NCBI GenBank assembly: GCA_965603825.1
Contig: CBFDEM010000056.1
Span: 496,001-560,000 of the forward strand
Direction of reading: 5' to 3'
DNA from: Blepharisma stoltei ATCC 30299
Lineage: Eukaryota > Protista > Ciliophora
Length of the DNA stretch: 64,000 nt
Positions within the stretch are counted from its first letter, which is position 1. Every line of letters starts with the position of its first letter. Below are positions 49,980 through 61,757 of this stretch, piece after piece. A program made the translations under genes and the position numbers. The notes under the pieces were generated by a model. That model saw only the letters and a program-made list of their open reading frames with translations. It made no database searches and was not told where the DNA came from.

Positions 49980-50125
49980 AATATTCTATTATTTGAGAAA
50001 AGCTATTTATATTTAATCAAATAAATATAATGCTCAAGCCATTACTGTGCACTTATTTAAGTGGTTCTTAAGTTCAGTATTTCAAGAAAATTATTTTTGC
50101 AAATCCTAAATAATTAATATTTAAT

Positions 50126-50998
50126 ATGGAAGGAATTCGCTCTGCTTCTCATGCTGGCAGTTGGTATGTAGGCTCTACTGCTCAATTAAACACTCAGCTC
50201 AATAATTGGCTTTCTCAAGCTGAAATTTCTCAGCCCCAGGCTAAAGTAATAATCGGCCCTCATGCAGGGTATGCATATTCAGGACCTACAGCAGCATGGG
50301 CATACAAGCATATTAATCCATCAACCTACAATCGTGTATTTTTGCTCGGGCCTTCTCATCACGTGTACATTCCTGGCTGTGCTTTGCCATGTTCAGCTGT
50401 ATACGAGACTCCATTAGGCAATCTCCCAATTGACGAAGAGACTGTATCAGAATTAGCAAACACCCAAAAATTTGCAAGGCTAACTTTAGAAGCTGAAGAA
50501 GAAGAGCACTCACTAGAAATGCATATGCCTTATATTAGAAAAGTGTTTGAAAATAAAGACATCAGACTTGTACCGATTATGGTTGGAAATTTGAAAAATA
50601 AAGCTGAAGAAGATTACGGGAAGCTTTTGGCACCGTTTTTGAGAGATCCTGCGACTTTATTTGTGGTGTCTTCAGATTTTTGTCATTGGGGAAGCAGGTT
50701 TGGGTTTACACCTTATGACAGAAGTAAAGGAGAAATCCACCAGAGTATTGAAGCTATGGATAGAGAAGGAATGAGATTAATTGAGCAGCAAAACCCGGAG
50801 GGATTTCAACAGTATCTTAAAGATACAGATAACACTATATGTGGTCGACATCCAATTGCAGTTACTTTATTCGCTATGAGGCATTCAGGATTGAATTTTC
50901 AGACTAGGTTTGTGCGCTATGCTCAAAGCGAAAACGTTACAAACCCAAGAGGCAGCTCAGTTTCATATGCGGCTGGAGTCAGTTCAGTTAATGAATAA
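50126..50998 (+). CDS. MEMO1: MEMO1 family protein
   Basis: RSASHAGSWY, PHAGYAYSG, LGPSHH, EHSLEMH, SSDFCHWG, NTICGRHPI, SSVSYA. Confidence 0.95.
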   Translation: MEGIRSASHAGSWYVGSTAQLNTQLNNWLSQAEISQPQAKVIIGPHAGYAYSGPTAAWAYKHINPSTYNRVFLLGPSHHVYIPGCALPCSAVYETPLGNLPIDEETVSELANTQKFARLTLEAEEEEHSLEMHMPYIRKVFENKDIRLVPIMVGNLKNKAEEDYGKLLAPFLRDPATLFVVSSDFCHWGSRFGFTPYDRSKGEIHQSIEAMDREGMRLIEQQNPEGFQQYLKDTDNTICGRHPIAVTLFAMRHSGLNFQTRFVRYAQSENVTNPRGSSVSYAAGVSSVNE

Positions 50999-51018
50999 TT
51001 AGAAAATTGTTATTAATA

Positions 51019-51549
51019 TTAGCTGAACACCACCTTTTTCTTAAAAGAAGGTGATCCTTGATAAAAATCAAAACTTAAGTTTGAATTTATGACAGGAGTT
51101 TTAGACCTTTTAGGGTTTCCGCTAAGTTTAAAGAAAACAGATTTCATAGGTGAAATGCTTTTTAGTGACCTTTGGTGGCTGCAAGAAAGAATTCTTGAGT
51201 GCACTTCGATCTTTTCTGGTAAATTATCAGACATTTGCCGATATTTTAGGATCAATAATTTTCGCAGTTCTTGCGCTTTTTCTAACGAATTTATTAGTTT
51301 TTGGCTTTGAACTTGCTTTATTTTTTCAGCTTTTTCTTCATTCAACTTTATCTTTCCTTTTTTTTCTTTTATTTTTAATCTCATGTGAGCAGCTGAATTT
51401 TCTCTTTTTAATTTTTCTTTTTTATAAATATTTATAGGGAAGATGTTGGCCAACTCTTGCTTGGATTTATTTTTATTGAGAGAAGTTGGAGAAATATGAT
51501 CTAGGCATTTTGAAAATCTGAATGCAAAGACTTTTCATTCCTTTTCCAT
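51019..51549 (-). CDS. Basic coiled-coil hypothetical protein, about 176 aa
   Basis: ATG 51549 MEKE[W]KVF is in frame with ORF 51019-51453. Confidence 0.55.
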
Positions 51550-51734
51550 ATCAAATTATTAATATGGTAAAAATTTGTAAGCAAATAATTTATGATACAA
51601 TGCTTAATTTATCCTTCAAAGCATTTGGACTATTTAAAATTTTTGCAGTAAATAGATCATAAACTTGACTTAATTATTATTTTTATTAAATATCAAAACT
51701 ACTCTTGAGCATGCTGATTATTTATTTTTTCACT

Positions 51735-53429
51735 TTATTCAATATTTCTCATCTTTCTGGAAGCTGCACTTTGTGTTCTCTTCCCCTTTAACCCCTTTCC
51801 CAATTTTTCCGTTCGAATAAGCTGTTCTCTTTTGGCTTTATCTTTATCTCCTAATTTATCTTCCAATTCTTCGTCGATTCCTTCATCTGAAAGCTCCTCT
51901 TCTTCTCTTGCCTGAGTTTTAACTCTGCAGTTATTTGCATTTCCTCTTTCCAAAAATCCTTTCGAGCTACTTAATTGTGGATTTGAATAAATTGCTTGTA
52001 AAACCGACACATTCCTTTGTGCCGTATCAGTTAGCTTGGAAATCAAGCCTCCTTCTTTTTCAAAAAGTTTGAAAACGTCAGTAGACTTGACTTGGCCATA
52101 AATCGATATCATTTTGTGCTTAATCTGCACCAGAGCTTCTATTAAGTTATCATCTGTCACTGGAATGTTGGCTTGGCCTTCTATTTTCACTCCTTCTACA
52201 AGCTCGAAAATATGCTCGATTCCAGCCTTTACATTTGTGATGATGCTCATCAGTCTTTGGAATTTTGCTTTATTTTTGTCGTATTTAACAGACGCTTTGC
52301 TTACGTCTTCTTCAAGGTCATCAAAATGCTTTCTGCTTTCAGTTTCGCTAACTGCTGAGTACTTCAAAGAGTCAACAAGCCTTTTTAGGTCTTGTTTTTG
52401 CTTATTTAACTGCTCTAACTTCTTTTGGTGCTCATTTCTGAGGTTTTCTAAGTTTGCAGCAGTGTCTTCTTGGGTCATGAATTTTTGAATGACTTCATTT
52501 ACGTCAGTAACTCCTGTGGACTCTTTTATCCTTCGAAATGCGTCTTCGTAGTCTTTTATTTTCTGTTTTTCTTCTCTGGCTTGCTGGTGATGGAATGCTT
52601 CATTTGCAATTCCTGCCGAAAGGCGGCTCATAAATCCCTTTGACTCTTGCTCATCTTTTCCAGCTTTTTTTCTTTCAGCAATTTCAAGTTTCTGAGTCAT
52701 TTCAATCCTTTGAGTTACTTCGTCTTTTTTCTCTTCCACGTTTTTCTCTCTCGTCATTCTCTCTACAGTGATTTGAGCTTCAAATCTGCAAAGTTCGGCT
52801 TCTGAGGTTTCTTTAGCGTGTTCTGCATCGTGACTTAGCAATAGAAGTTCTTCAAAGTCATGCTCTTTGCCTTTTAATGATCTTTCAATAGCGGCAAGTT
52901 GGTTATCGTACGCAACTCTCTCTTCTTTTAATTGCTTTACGATCTGTTCATAAGTTTTTCTGATGCTTTGAGCTTCATTATATTTGATCATAGCTTTATC
53001 TAATCGGTTTTCTAGAATCCTTATTTGCCTCATCTGAGGCGCATCTTCATTAAGCATGCTCCCTTTTTGGTCTTGGCTCATTTCTTTGAGTTTATCTTGC
53101 AAAATTTTCAGCTGGCCTTGCTTTTCAGTAGCTGACCCTTTAAGTTGGTCAAGCCTCCTTCTCATTTTCACTCCTTCAACCGTTTCATCAGACTGAGGTA
53201 AAGCTCCCGCAGAAGTTGGTTGTTTTACAGACGCTTTAAGATTGGCGCGCAGTTCTTTGTGCTCTTTTTGGAGCTGAAGAATGGTCTCTTCATTTTGTTT
53301 TCTGGTAAAGTTGAGATTTTCGATTACTTTTTTACGTTCGCCTTCTAAATAAGTTAATCTCTTTTGAAGTTCTTCAAGCTCGTCTTCAGGAGTGCCTAAT
53401 TTTTCATTTCTAGACGGAGATCGAGCCAT
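51735..53429 (-). CDS. Outer dynein arm docking complex coiled-coil subunit (DC1/CCDC151-like)
   Basis: IRILENRLDKAMIKYNEAQSIRKTYEQIV...ER; YEDAFRRIKESTGVTDVNEVIQKF. Confidence 0.8.
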   Translation of the reverse strand: MARSPSRNEKLGTPEDELEELQKRLTYLEGERKKVIENLNFTRKQNEETILQLQKEHKELRANLKASVKQPTSAGALPQSDETVEGVKMRRRLDQLKGSATEKQGQLKILQDKLKEMSQDQKGSMLNEDAPQMRQIRILENRLDKAMIKYNEAQSIRKTYEQIVKQLKEERVAYDNQLAAIERSLKGKEHDFEELLLLSHDAEHAKETSEAELCRFEAQITVERMTREKNVEEKKDEVTQRIEMTQKLEIAERKKAGKDEQESKGFMSRLSAGIANEAFHHQQAREEKQKIKDYEDAFRRIKESTGVTDVNEVIQKFMTQEDTAANLENLRNEHQKKLEQLNKQKQDLKRLVDSLKYSAVSETESRKHFDDLEEDVSKASVKYDKNKAKFQRLMSIITNVKAGIEHIFELVEGVKIEGQANIPVTDDNLIEALVQIKHKMISIYGQVKSTDVFKLFEKEGGLISKLTDTAQRNVSVLQAIYSNPQLSSSKGFLERGNANNCRVKTQAREEEELSDEGIDEELEDKLGDKDKAKREQLIRTEKLGKGLKGKRTQSAASRKMRNIE

Positions 53430-53710
53430 TTTGAATCGAAGTATTTATATTAAAGTTTCATAAATTTCATTATCTTTCATTTATTTGGATAATTTAAGAG
53501 ATTATTAAATTATCTTACTATAACAATATACAAATTTTAGCACTTAATATAATAATAAATTATTTAAATATGCAGATTTTTATTATTATTATTTAAATTC
53601 TATAAACTCTCTTATAACAATTAAATAAATTAATTTCAATTTTGTTTTGTTTGTAATCATCTGTTAATTAATTGTATTTTTATTTCATTTCACCAGCTGA
53701 TTCGCTATAA

Positions 53711-55038
53711 ATGGCATTTCTGATCTATTTAAGTGCCTTATTTTTCTGTGCAAAGGCAGGCTTGTTTTATCCTGAGCAGGTTCATTTATCCTGGACCGAA
53801 AAAAAAACGAAATGCGGGCTAGCTGAATTACCTGGCTTCCAATGAACACAGAAGTAGAGTACCGAGCATTCGAGTGCTCATCCAACCAAACCCTAAGCAC
53901 CAGCTGAAAATCTGCCAAAGGGTATAGTAGACAAATCAATGTAGGAAGGTTCACTGATCGTTATTCTATGATCCACACTGCTGTAATGACTCATCTTCAA
54001 TCAGATTGCAAGTATGAGTATCATGTAGGCTCTGGGCTATTTTGGAGCGAAACATTTAAGTTCAATGGTAGAACTCCCGAAGATGGCAACACTACTTTGG
54101 CTAGTTTTATTGTGTATGGAGACTTAGGGACTGGCCCATATGCTGAGTATACAAGAGTCGCACTTAAAGATGAGCTCAAAAACAACGAATATTTGGCTAT
54201 GATACATTTGGGAGATTTTGCTTATGATATGGAAGATAGAGAAGGAAGAGTTGGAGATTTGTTTATGAACAACATAGAGCCTTATGCTGCAAATTATCCT
54301 TATATGACAACCACAGGCAACCATGAAAAGTTTAAAAATCTGACTCACTATAAAGATCGGTTTATAATGCCTTGGAATGAAGCCAGTAAAAACTCCAGCT
54401 ATTTCTACTCCTTAAATATCGGTCCTCTCCATATGATTTTTCTTAACACTTATGCTTATTTTAAAGAAAAATTTATTAATGAGGTTTTGACGCAGACAAA
54501 CTGGCTTATAGAAGACCTTAAGGAAGCAAATAAAAACAGAAGCTTAAGACCTTGGATTGTCATCTTAGGCCACCACCCGCTTTATTGTTCCGTGGACTGG
54601 CGAATTCCAACCTACCCTGAGAATGTTGATTGCCAAATTGATGCTCCTATGCTTCAATCCCATCTCGAAGACCTTGCTTATACAAACGGTGTGGACCTCT
54701 TCCTTACAGCGCATGTTCATAACTATGAAAGAGACGCAGCAATCTACAAAAATGAAACAATCCCAAGTGAATTAGATACCCAGAACATGCATTATAATCC
54801 AAATGCCCCCATATATATAGTCACTGGAAATGCAGGTAATAGAAGAGCAAGAAACGACCCAACAAGCAAAACTCCTCAATTCTGGGCGAGATATCTAAGC
54901 GATGACTATGGCTATGGCAGATTCAAAGCTTATAATGAAACGCATATATACTATGAGCAGTACAGCGCTCAGAACAAGAAGACAGTTGACAGCGTCTGGA
55001 TCATAAAGAATAGGCTTAGTTATGCCCCTCTTGACTAA
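53711..55038 (+). CDS. Secreted purple acid phosphatase (ACP7-like) with an apparent 1-nt frameshift at A9 run 53799-53807
   Basis: Signal peptide, YPEQVHLSW, GDLG, GDFAYD, GNHE, GHHPLY, AHVHNYER. The N-terminal segment is out of frame with the catalytic ORF by 1 nt. Confidence 0.85.
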
Positions 55039-55078
55039 TTTAAAAAAGTCTTTCTTATAAATATGAAAGTAATTATCT

Positions 55079-56651
55079 TTAAGCTCTGTTTTCTGGAACC
55101 ACTCTTGGATTTGCGGCCATAAGAACAGACGCGTCTTCAATTTCGTTTGGTTCTAAATAATAATTACTGTCGAAAATCATGCAAAAGGCTTCGAAATTGA
55201 TTGGCTCGTTAATGCTTAGTCCTATCTCGCTGAACATTTTTGCGATGTCTTCATCAGTCAGCTTCCACCCAGCTCTCTCCATAGCTATTTTCAGCTTATC
55301 CTTTGTAATAGCGCCTTCGTCATCAATGTCGAAACTCTTGAAAGCTAGCCATAGCGCATCTTTATTATGGAGAACTTTCTTATCCAAAGTAGCAGCCAGG
55401 AAGTCTGAATAGTTGAGTGTCCCATTTTCTGTCTGGTCTAAGCCTTTGATAAGGTCTAAATATAATTTACCTTCTACATCTTCGTCACTAAGATTGACTC
55501 CAACTTGGCTCAGCCCTGCCTGCAGGTCTTTTGCGGTAATTCGGCCAGTGTGTTCGGTATCAAGCTGCCTGAAAATTTCATTTAGCTCATCGATTTCTTT
55601 GTTTTTCAAGTACCGAATCAGCACATGCATGGTTTCTCTTATGAGCTGATTAGCTTTGCCTCTTTGTCTTAGTCTTTGCATGACCTTTCTATGAACTTTC
55701 TTAGTGGAAGGATTGGTTCTGAGCTCGAACCATGGATGACCTAATGCTTCTTTGGAAGTGATTCTTAGGTTGGCTTTGGGTTCCAAAAGTCTTTTAAGTA
55801 GATCTTTGGCCTCGTCAGAAAGCCGATCCCAGTCTTCTCCCTCTTGCGAATAATTGCAACGTGCAATTTGTTTGTAAATTGAAGCATCTGAGTCTCCATC
55901 AAACGGTGCTTTTCCAAGTAGAAGCATATACATGATGACGCCAATACTCCACTCGTCACACCCTGGCCCATATCTATTATTGAGAACTTCCGGAGCTACA
56001 TAATAAGCACTGCCAACCACTGTATTTTGACCAGTTTCGTCACTGACAAATTTTTTGGCCAGTCCAAAGTCAATAATTTTTATCTCAGCGTCTGGGTCTT
56101 TTGAACTCAGCATGATATTTTCAGGTTTCAAGTCTCTATGGAAGATTTGGAGACTATGCAAGTGGCTAACTGCACTCATGATGCAATAAATGATTTTTGA
56201 CGCTTCAGCTTCATTATACCTTTGTCGTTCCGTGAGCTGCTCAAAAAGTTCGCCTCCTGCGCAGTGCTCCATGACCATGTAAATATACTTATCATCTTCA
56301 TACACTTCATACAGCTTGACAATATTGGGATGATTTACCATCATCAATAACGAAAGTTCCCTTTGCAGAAGATGGACCTGCTCCCCCATTTTGTTCTTAT
56401 CAATACACTTGATGGCGTATTCTTGCGAATCCTTTGTGCCTTTTCTCAGTGCTCTTTTAACTGATCCGAAATGTCCTGTTCCTAGTAGTTCTAAAATTTC
56501 ATAATGCTTGTGAATGTCTGGCATAAAGCTTACTGTCATTATTGATTTTTATCCCGATTTGGTCGCCGATCGCTTTTTTATTTTCTTCTTTCCTTGGCAG
56601 TGAGTTGTGATGCGGCTTATCTTTCTTGTTGTCTGAAAAGCAGCCTCCCAT
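55079..56651 (-). CDS. Calcium-dependent protein kinase (kinase + 4 EF-hands) with MGGC acylation motif, two tiny introns
   Basis: LGTGHFG, HRDLKPEN, DFGLA, YYVAPE, EF-hands. Start ATG 56651 is joined by intron 56518-56533. Confidence 0.92.
55456..55470 (-). other. Probable 15-nt intron GTAAATTATATTTAG (in-frame, stop-free)
   Basis: Removal gives EDVEDLIKGLD, normal spacing before the EF-hand; A at position 10. Confidence 0.75.
56518..56533 (-). other. 16-nt intron GTAAGCTTTATGCCAG
   Basis: Restores frame between the MGGCFS start and the kinase domain; A at position 10. Confidence 0.85.
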
Positions 56652-56694
56652 TTTTACGATTAAAAATTAATTTCGCTCAATTAGAATAATCATC

Positions 56695-59247
56695 TTACTC
56701 AGGTACGAAATTAGGGTTCTTCTTCAAGATGATGAAGTTTTCTAGGACCTCAGAATATGGAATGTATTCTTCTGTAGCTAGCTCGGCACGCTCACCATAT
56801 GCAAGGAGGACAGGAGTTGTGTGGGTTTGGAAGCCAGTGATGGTTCTAGGATTTCCTGCTTGGCCGACGGTGTCAACTGCTTGACCGACTCGGACTTGCA
56901 CTGAAATTGGCTGGAGATTTTCGTCAAGGGTGACAAGCATTCTTGGGTAAATTGCACAGGCTAAATAGAAAAGCAGGTATTGGCCGTGGCCATGGACTAA
57001 TTGGTCAATGTTGAGCATTGTATGCAAAACAGTCAAAATTCCTCCTAAAGCGACTGGGGATAATAAATATCTTTCTGAGTGGTATGGATCTAAAGTCATC
57101 AATCCTTTGCCCATATGTAGAAGCCCTTGAGCAATTCTTACCATGAAAAGCTGATTGTCTTCATTTGAGTAAAACCCTGCGAGCTGTCTCAAAGTTCCTG
57201 CAAGTCTTGAGTTATTTGTTCCAGCCCCTACCATTCCAATAGCGAAAATTGCAGCCTGGGCTACCTGAGCATCAACATCATGAGACAGCTTTGAAAGAAT
57301 ATCAATGACATTTACCTTCGGATTGCTGATACACAATAAAGCAATAGCTAAAGGAGTTGCACGCTTAATATTCAGATCTCCATATTGCAATAAATGGTCA
57401 AAAGCTCTAAGTGCCATATCAATTCCTACGTTTTCTCCCATAGCTATTAAAGAAAACCCAATAACTGCTACCATTTGATGCTGCCATTCTTTTTCTTCTA
57501 AATGTTCTGCACAAGCTTGCAGCATTTCTTGGACTTTCAGCACATTTCCAGACCCAGCATAAGCGCAGCTTTCTACTGTAAGAAGTGCGTATTTTTTAAT
57601 AGGAGCTGCTACCAAGTCTTCAATGATTGACATTGTTGTCTGAACTCTATCTTGCTGTCCTAAGAAAACTAGTCCTATCCCTAAGGCAAAGAAGCGGGCA
57701 TAAGGGCTGGAAAGTTCAGTTTCACTTCTTTCCATAAGAGTTTGGAGAACTACCTGTGCAACATCTTCATTGCAAGTGCCTACAAAAACAAGGCCAAGTC
57801 CTAATGCAGCGAGAGCAGAGGACTCTAGAGATACTGATGTGTCAATTACAATTGGGCTTAGCACTTCTAAAACATCTTCTCTGCCTGACCCTGCGTATGC
57901 TAAAGATAAGCCAGCTATAATTCCTACTCGGAGTTTATCATTGGCGGCATCTAGCCCTTCAGTTAGCAAGGCAAATGCAGGGTCGCACTCATTTTTAATG
58001 CCTGCGTTAACAGTGCCAAATGCCATAAGAGCTCCTGACCTAATAAAATCTTCCCTTGAGTACTGATACTTGTCGATCCTAGTCATACCCTCATCTACGT
58101 TCCATAGTAGCAAAAGTCCTAGTGAGGCAGCAGCTGTCATCAGGCCCCACTCTTTGTGTCTGAACACCCACTTCTTTTCTTCATCGAATACAAGAGCATC
58201 GTTACAGTACCCAGCATTCACAAAAGCATTAACAATTGTTGAGGCTAAGTTTTGTTTATGCGAATCCAGTTGGCCTCCTTGAACTCCTCTTCCTCGTTCT
58301 TCTAAGTGGGATTTATAAATATCTTCAGGGACTTTTGGTTCTAATACTTCAAGATCTGTAGCTAGCTTAATAAAGGCTTCATTCATGAACTCGTTTGAAA
58401 TGATTTTGGCTAAGTCTTCGTCTTCAATCTGGAAATTCACTCTTTGCCGAGCTAGTTGATAGCACATTTGCTTCTTAGCCACCGGGTCTGTGCAAGATTC
58501 CATAGCTTCATTAATAATTTCTGGCCTGTTGATTTTCAGTGCAATTCTTAATGCTTCAGGGAATTTTCCAGCTTTTAAGTAGCATTTGAAGCAAACGTGA
58601 AGAGTTTTATACATTTCGTCAGGATCAGCTGCATAAAGAGCCATCCCTTCAATATACTGACACATTCTTTTGTAGTTGTCAAGCTCTACATATTGAGTCA
58701 AATTTTCCAAGCAGTCGACTTCAGATAAAAGGTCGATGGCTTCGAATTCAGAACTATGCTTGATTAAGAAAGGCGCAATGATATCGACGATGCTCAGCAA
58801 ATCAGCTCGGTCTTGTTCGCCTCGAAGCCTTAAGAGATATTCATCCCTGATTTCTCCACACAAGTTTCTGACGTATTCTTGACCCCATTTGGTGGCGGCA
58901 TCTTGGTTACCCTGAAGCAGGAATTGAAGACTTTCACGTTCTTCTGGGGTGCCCATTGTGACTGCGAGGATTGAGAGGAAGTTGGCAAGTTCGGTTTTGA
59001 AGGGGGATGCTGACAAAGTTGAGTAAAGAGTTTTTATAGTGGAATAATGAGGCTTAAGAAACTTCAGAGGCTTTGGAATAGAAGTCATCGAAGTTGTTGC
59101 TGTTTGGACTTCTGTTTCGAGTGATTTTAGGGATGCTTCTGCTGAGGATAGGTCTTGTAAATTTTGAACTAATAAATCGAGCTTATCTTTTAATGCTTGG
59201 TCTTCTTCTGATAGTTCAGGAGTGATTTTCTCTTTGGAATCAGCCAT
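56695..59247 (-). CDS. PSMD2: 26S proteasome regulatory subunit RPN1
   Basis: ATTSMTSIPKPLKFLKPHY, PEDIYKSHLE, PC repeats, VRVGQAVDTVGQAGNPRTITGFQTHTTPVLL. Confidence 0.97.
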   Translation of the reverse strand: MADSKEKITPELSEEDQALKDKLDLLVQNLQDLSSAEASLKSLETEVQTATTSMTSIPKPLKFLKPHYSTIKTLYSTLSASPFKTELANFLSILAVTMGTPEERESLQFLLQGNQDAATKWGQEYVRNLCGEIRDEYLLRLRGEQDRADLLSIVDIIAPFLIKHSSEFEAIDLLSEVDCLENLTQYVELDNYKRMCQYIEGMALYAADPDEMYKTLHVCFKCYLKAGKFPEALRIALKINRPEIINEAMESCTDPVAKKQMCYQLARQRVNFQIEDEDLAKIISNEFMNEAFIKLATDLEVLEPKVPEDIYKSHLEERGRGVQGGQLDSHKQNLASTIVNAFVNAGYCNDALVFDEEKKWVFRHKEWGLMTAAASLGLLLLWNVDEGMTRIDKYQYSREDFIRSGALMAFGTVNAGIKNECDPAFALLTEGLDAANDKLRVGIIAGLSLAYAGSGREDVLEVLSPIVIDTSVSLESSALAALGLGLVFVGTCNEDVAQVVLQTLMERSETELSSPYARFFALGIGLVFLGQQDRVQTTMSIIEDLVAAPIKKYALLTVESCAYAGSGNVLKVQEMLQACAEHLEEKEWQHQMVAVIGFSLIAMGENVGIDMALRAFDHLLQYGDLNIKRATPLAIALLCISNPKVNVIDILSKLSHDVDAQVAQAAIFAIGMVGAGTNNSRLAGTLRQLAGFYSNEDNQLFMVRIAQGLLHMGKGLMTLDPYHSERYLLSPVALGGILTVLHTMLNIDQLVHGHGQYLLFYLACAIYPRMLVTLDENLQPISVQVRVGQAVDTVGQAGNPRTITGFQTHTTPVLLAYGERAELATEEYIPYSEVLENFIILKKNPNFVPE

Positions 59248-59668
59248 ATTTATAAGAAATGCTATTGTGAAAAGTTTTGCACTAAATTTAAGATAATGCT
59301 TTGGATGAGTTTTCTAGTTATCAGCCTTGCAAAGAATCGGCATAAGAATTTTACGCATTTGTTAAACGATAAAATATAATTAGCTCATTATATATCTAGA
59401 GATTCTTTGCTCATATTAATATTAAAGATGCTGCTTATATCTTTATAGATATAAATAATAAAATAATTGCTTTATAACTAAATAAAGCACAAATAAGGCA
59501 AGTTGTTATAAATAATCTAGAATCAGAACTAAATTCCTCAATAATCAGATCAGGTCTGTGGGGTTCATCATAATCACATTTTAATTATTATTACCATCTT
59601 TATCACTCTATTTCTCCCAAAGAGCTTTTCTTTAAAACTTGAACATTAAAATTTCTTGAATTTAACGT

Positions 59669-61543
59669 ATGACATCATCATTCACAATTATTGACTCATT
59701 AAAATCACCAATGGACAAAGTAAATGAGAATAATTTTTGTTGAAATTTAAATAATATGAACTTCAACGAAGACCTTTGAAAGGTATAACGCAAGCAGCGA
59801 ATTTTAATCCCAGTCCAAATACCTAAATACAGCTCCTTAGATCAGCTAGAAATGGAAAGCCAAAAAGTACTTAAAACTGATGTCGATAGAACTCGAGCAG
59901 AAGAAATGACTGAAATCGAAAGAGAGCAACTTGAAATATTGTTGAAGTTTTATTGCAAAGAGCATAATTGCCCATATAAGCAAGGCATGAATGAAATACT
60001 GGCACCTTTTATCTTAATGGTTCGCTATAATTTGCCTTTAAACCAAGTGTATAACTACTTTGAAGGTTTTATTGATCATTTGCTGCCCACTATGTTTTTA
60101 GATAAGGTAAATAATAAGCAGGACTTTCGTCCATTGAAATCAATGTTCATGATTCTCCGCCTTCTGCTAAGATATCACGAGCCACGAATAAGCACTTTCT
60201 TCCATGACAATGGAATTTTCCCAGAAATATACGCAACTTCTTGATTTCTCACAGCATATTCAAGCAAAGTCGGGAATCTAGAAGCTTTATTTTTGATTTG
60301 AGAAGAATTGATTATTCAAAATGACCCACTGCATACAATTTACCTTGGGGTTGCTATATTAGGATACTTTAAAAATTTTATATTAGCAAACGAAGGAAGC
60401 TTAATACCGCAAACAATTTTGCATCTCCCGCTAAACGATGCAAACTACATCAGAGAAATAATCCAAAAAGCAAGAGAAATAAAAAATAAAATGCCATTCA
60501 GCCTCCATATAAAACTAAAAAGTTATGATATTTTCAATTTGGATAAAATCAATTATATAAATGAAGAGCTTGAAATGCAATTTTGCTTGAATATTATGCC
60601 TCATGAAGTTTTAATGAGAGAATTCCCAGATGACAAAATCTGTAGCTGTAAAAATAACGACTGCGACTGGTGCAAGACAAAAGAAAAAAAAGTTCCACTT
60701 ATCATAATAGATGCAAGAACTCAAAGTGAGCATTTTCAAGGAGTTTTCCCAAACTCAATTATTTTGGTTCCCGAAGCATACGACGACCACAACATAATAA
60801 TTGATTTTCCTGACCAGTTTTTAGAAATGAGAGGGATTTATCATTTTTGCTTGCTTGCAAGCAAAGAACTAAAAGGAACCAATTTTGACCTCAAAGATGA
60901 TAACCAAGATGAAGAGGATGATCCAAATATTGTGCAAAATATGGTTCAAAATTTATTCCAAGCTTTTCTTTTAAAAGGCTTCCAATATGTAAGCATCGTC
61001 AATGGAGGATATTCAAGGTGCCATGAACTGGCTATTAAAAATAATCTGCCAATTGAAGGGCATGATAAAAGCATATGCCAGCTTTGCACGCCAAATAAAA
61101 GAAGGATTAGCGATATTTTAACTGATTTAATGATGGGAAGAGTTGTTCGGGCTTTTTCTGACGATAAATGCAAAACTCCTCGGATGATTGATATTGATGC
61201 CTTAAGGTCTGACCCTTTAACATCATTTTTCGCATGCAAAGAATACAATATAAAGCAAGAAAAAATTTTGAATGATTCTTTATGTCTAATTGTTACTGAT
61301 ATAAGTGTAATTGTCGGAGAAATCGATGAAGTGGATAAGGAAGCAGACCCTTATATTATAAAACAGCTGAAAATCAAAAATTTGGTAAAAATAAAGTCCC
61401 ATAAAAAACTCAAAAATGTAATCAAGTTAAAGTTTAAAGGTGCCGATAAAGCATTTTACTATTTTATGAATTCAGTAAGTGATGCCGAATCATGCTTAAG
61501 AAGCCTATCAAGGAATTATGCCGAGTTGAGCATGAAGATTTAG
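59669..61543 (+). CDS. TBC domain + rhodanese-like protein (TBC1D23-like), two tiny introns
   Basis: DVDRTR, YKQGMNEILAPF, LLRYHEP, YATS[W]FLT, LI[W]E, IIDART..HFQGVFPNS, IVNGGY. Confidence 0.85.
59783..59797 (+). other. 15-nt intron GTATAACGCAAGCAG
   Basis: Removes an in-frame TAA; A at position 10. Confidence 0.8.
60107..60121 (+). other. Probable 15-nt intron GTAAATAATAAGCAG (in-frame, stop-free)
   Basis: Matches pattern, A at position 10; removal gives FLDKDFRPL. Confidence 0.7.
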
Positions 61544-61757
61544 TACTTATCCTATCTATATTCAATTTTAATATTAATATATCTTCTAGTAAGTCATAAT
61601 TTATTTTTGGTAAAATTGTTTTGGAAAAGAAGAGCATCGCTAATTAATCTCTCCTACTTATTAGCAACTTCCAGTCTATATAAATAAGCATGCCAGCTAT
61701 TAAATGTGAATAGATAAGTTTAAATTCGTTCTGCATTTATAAGCTGTAGAATTTAAA

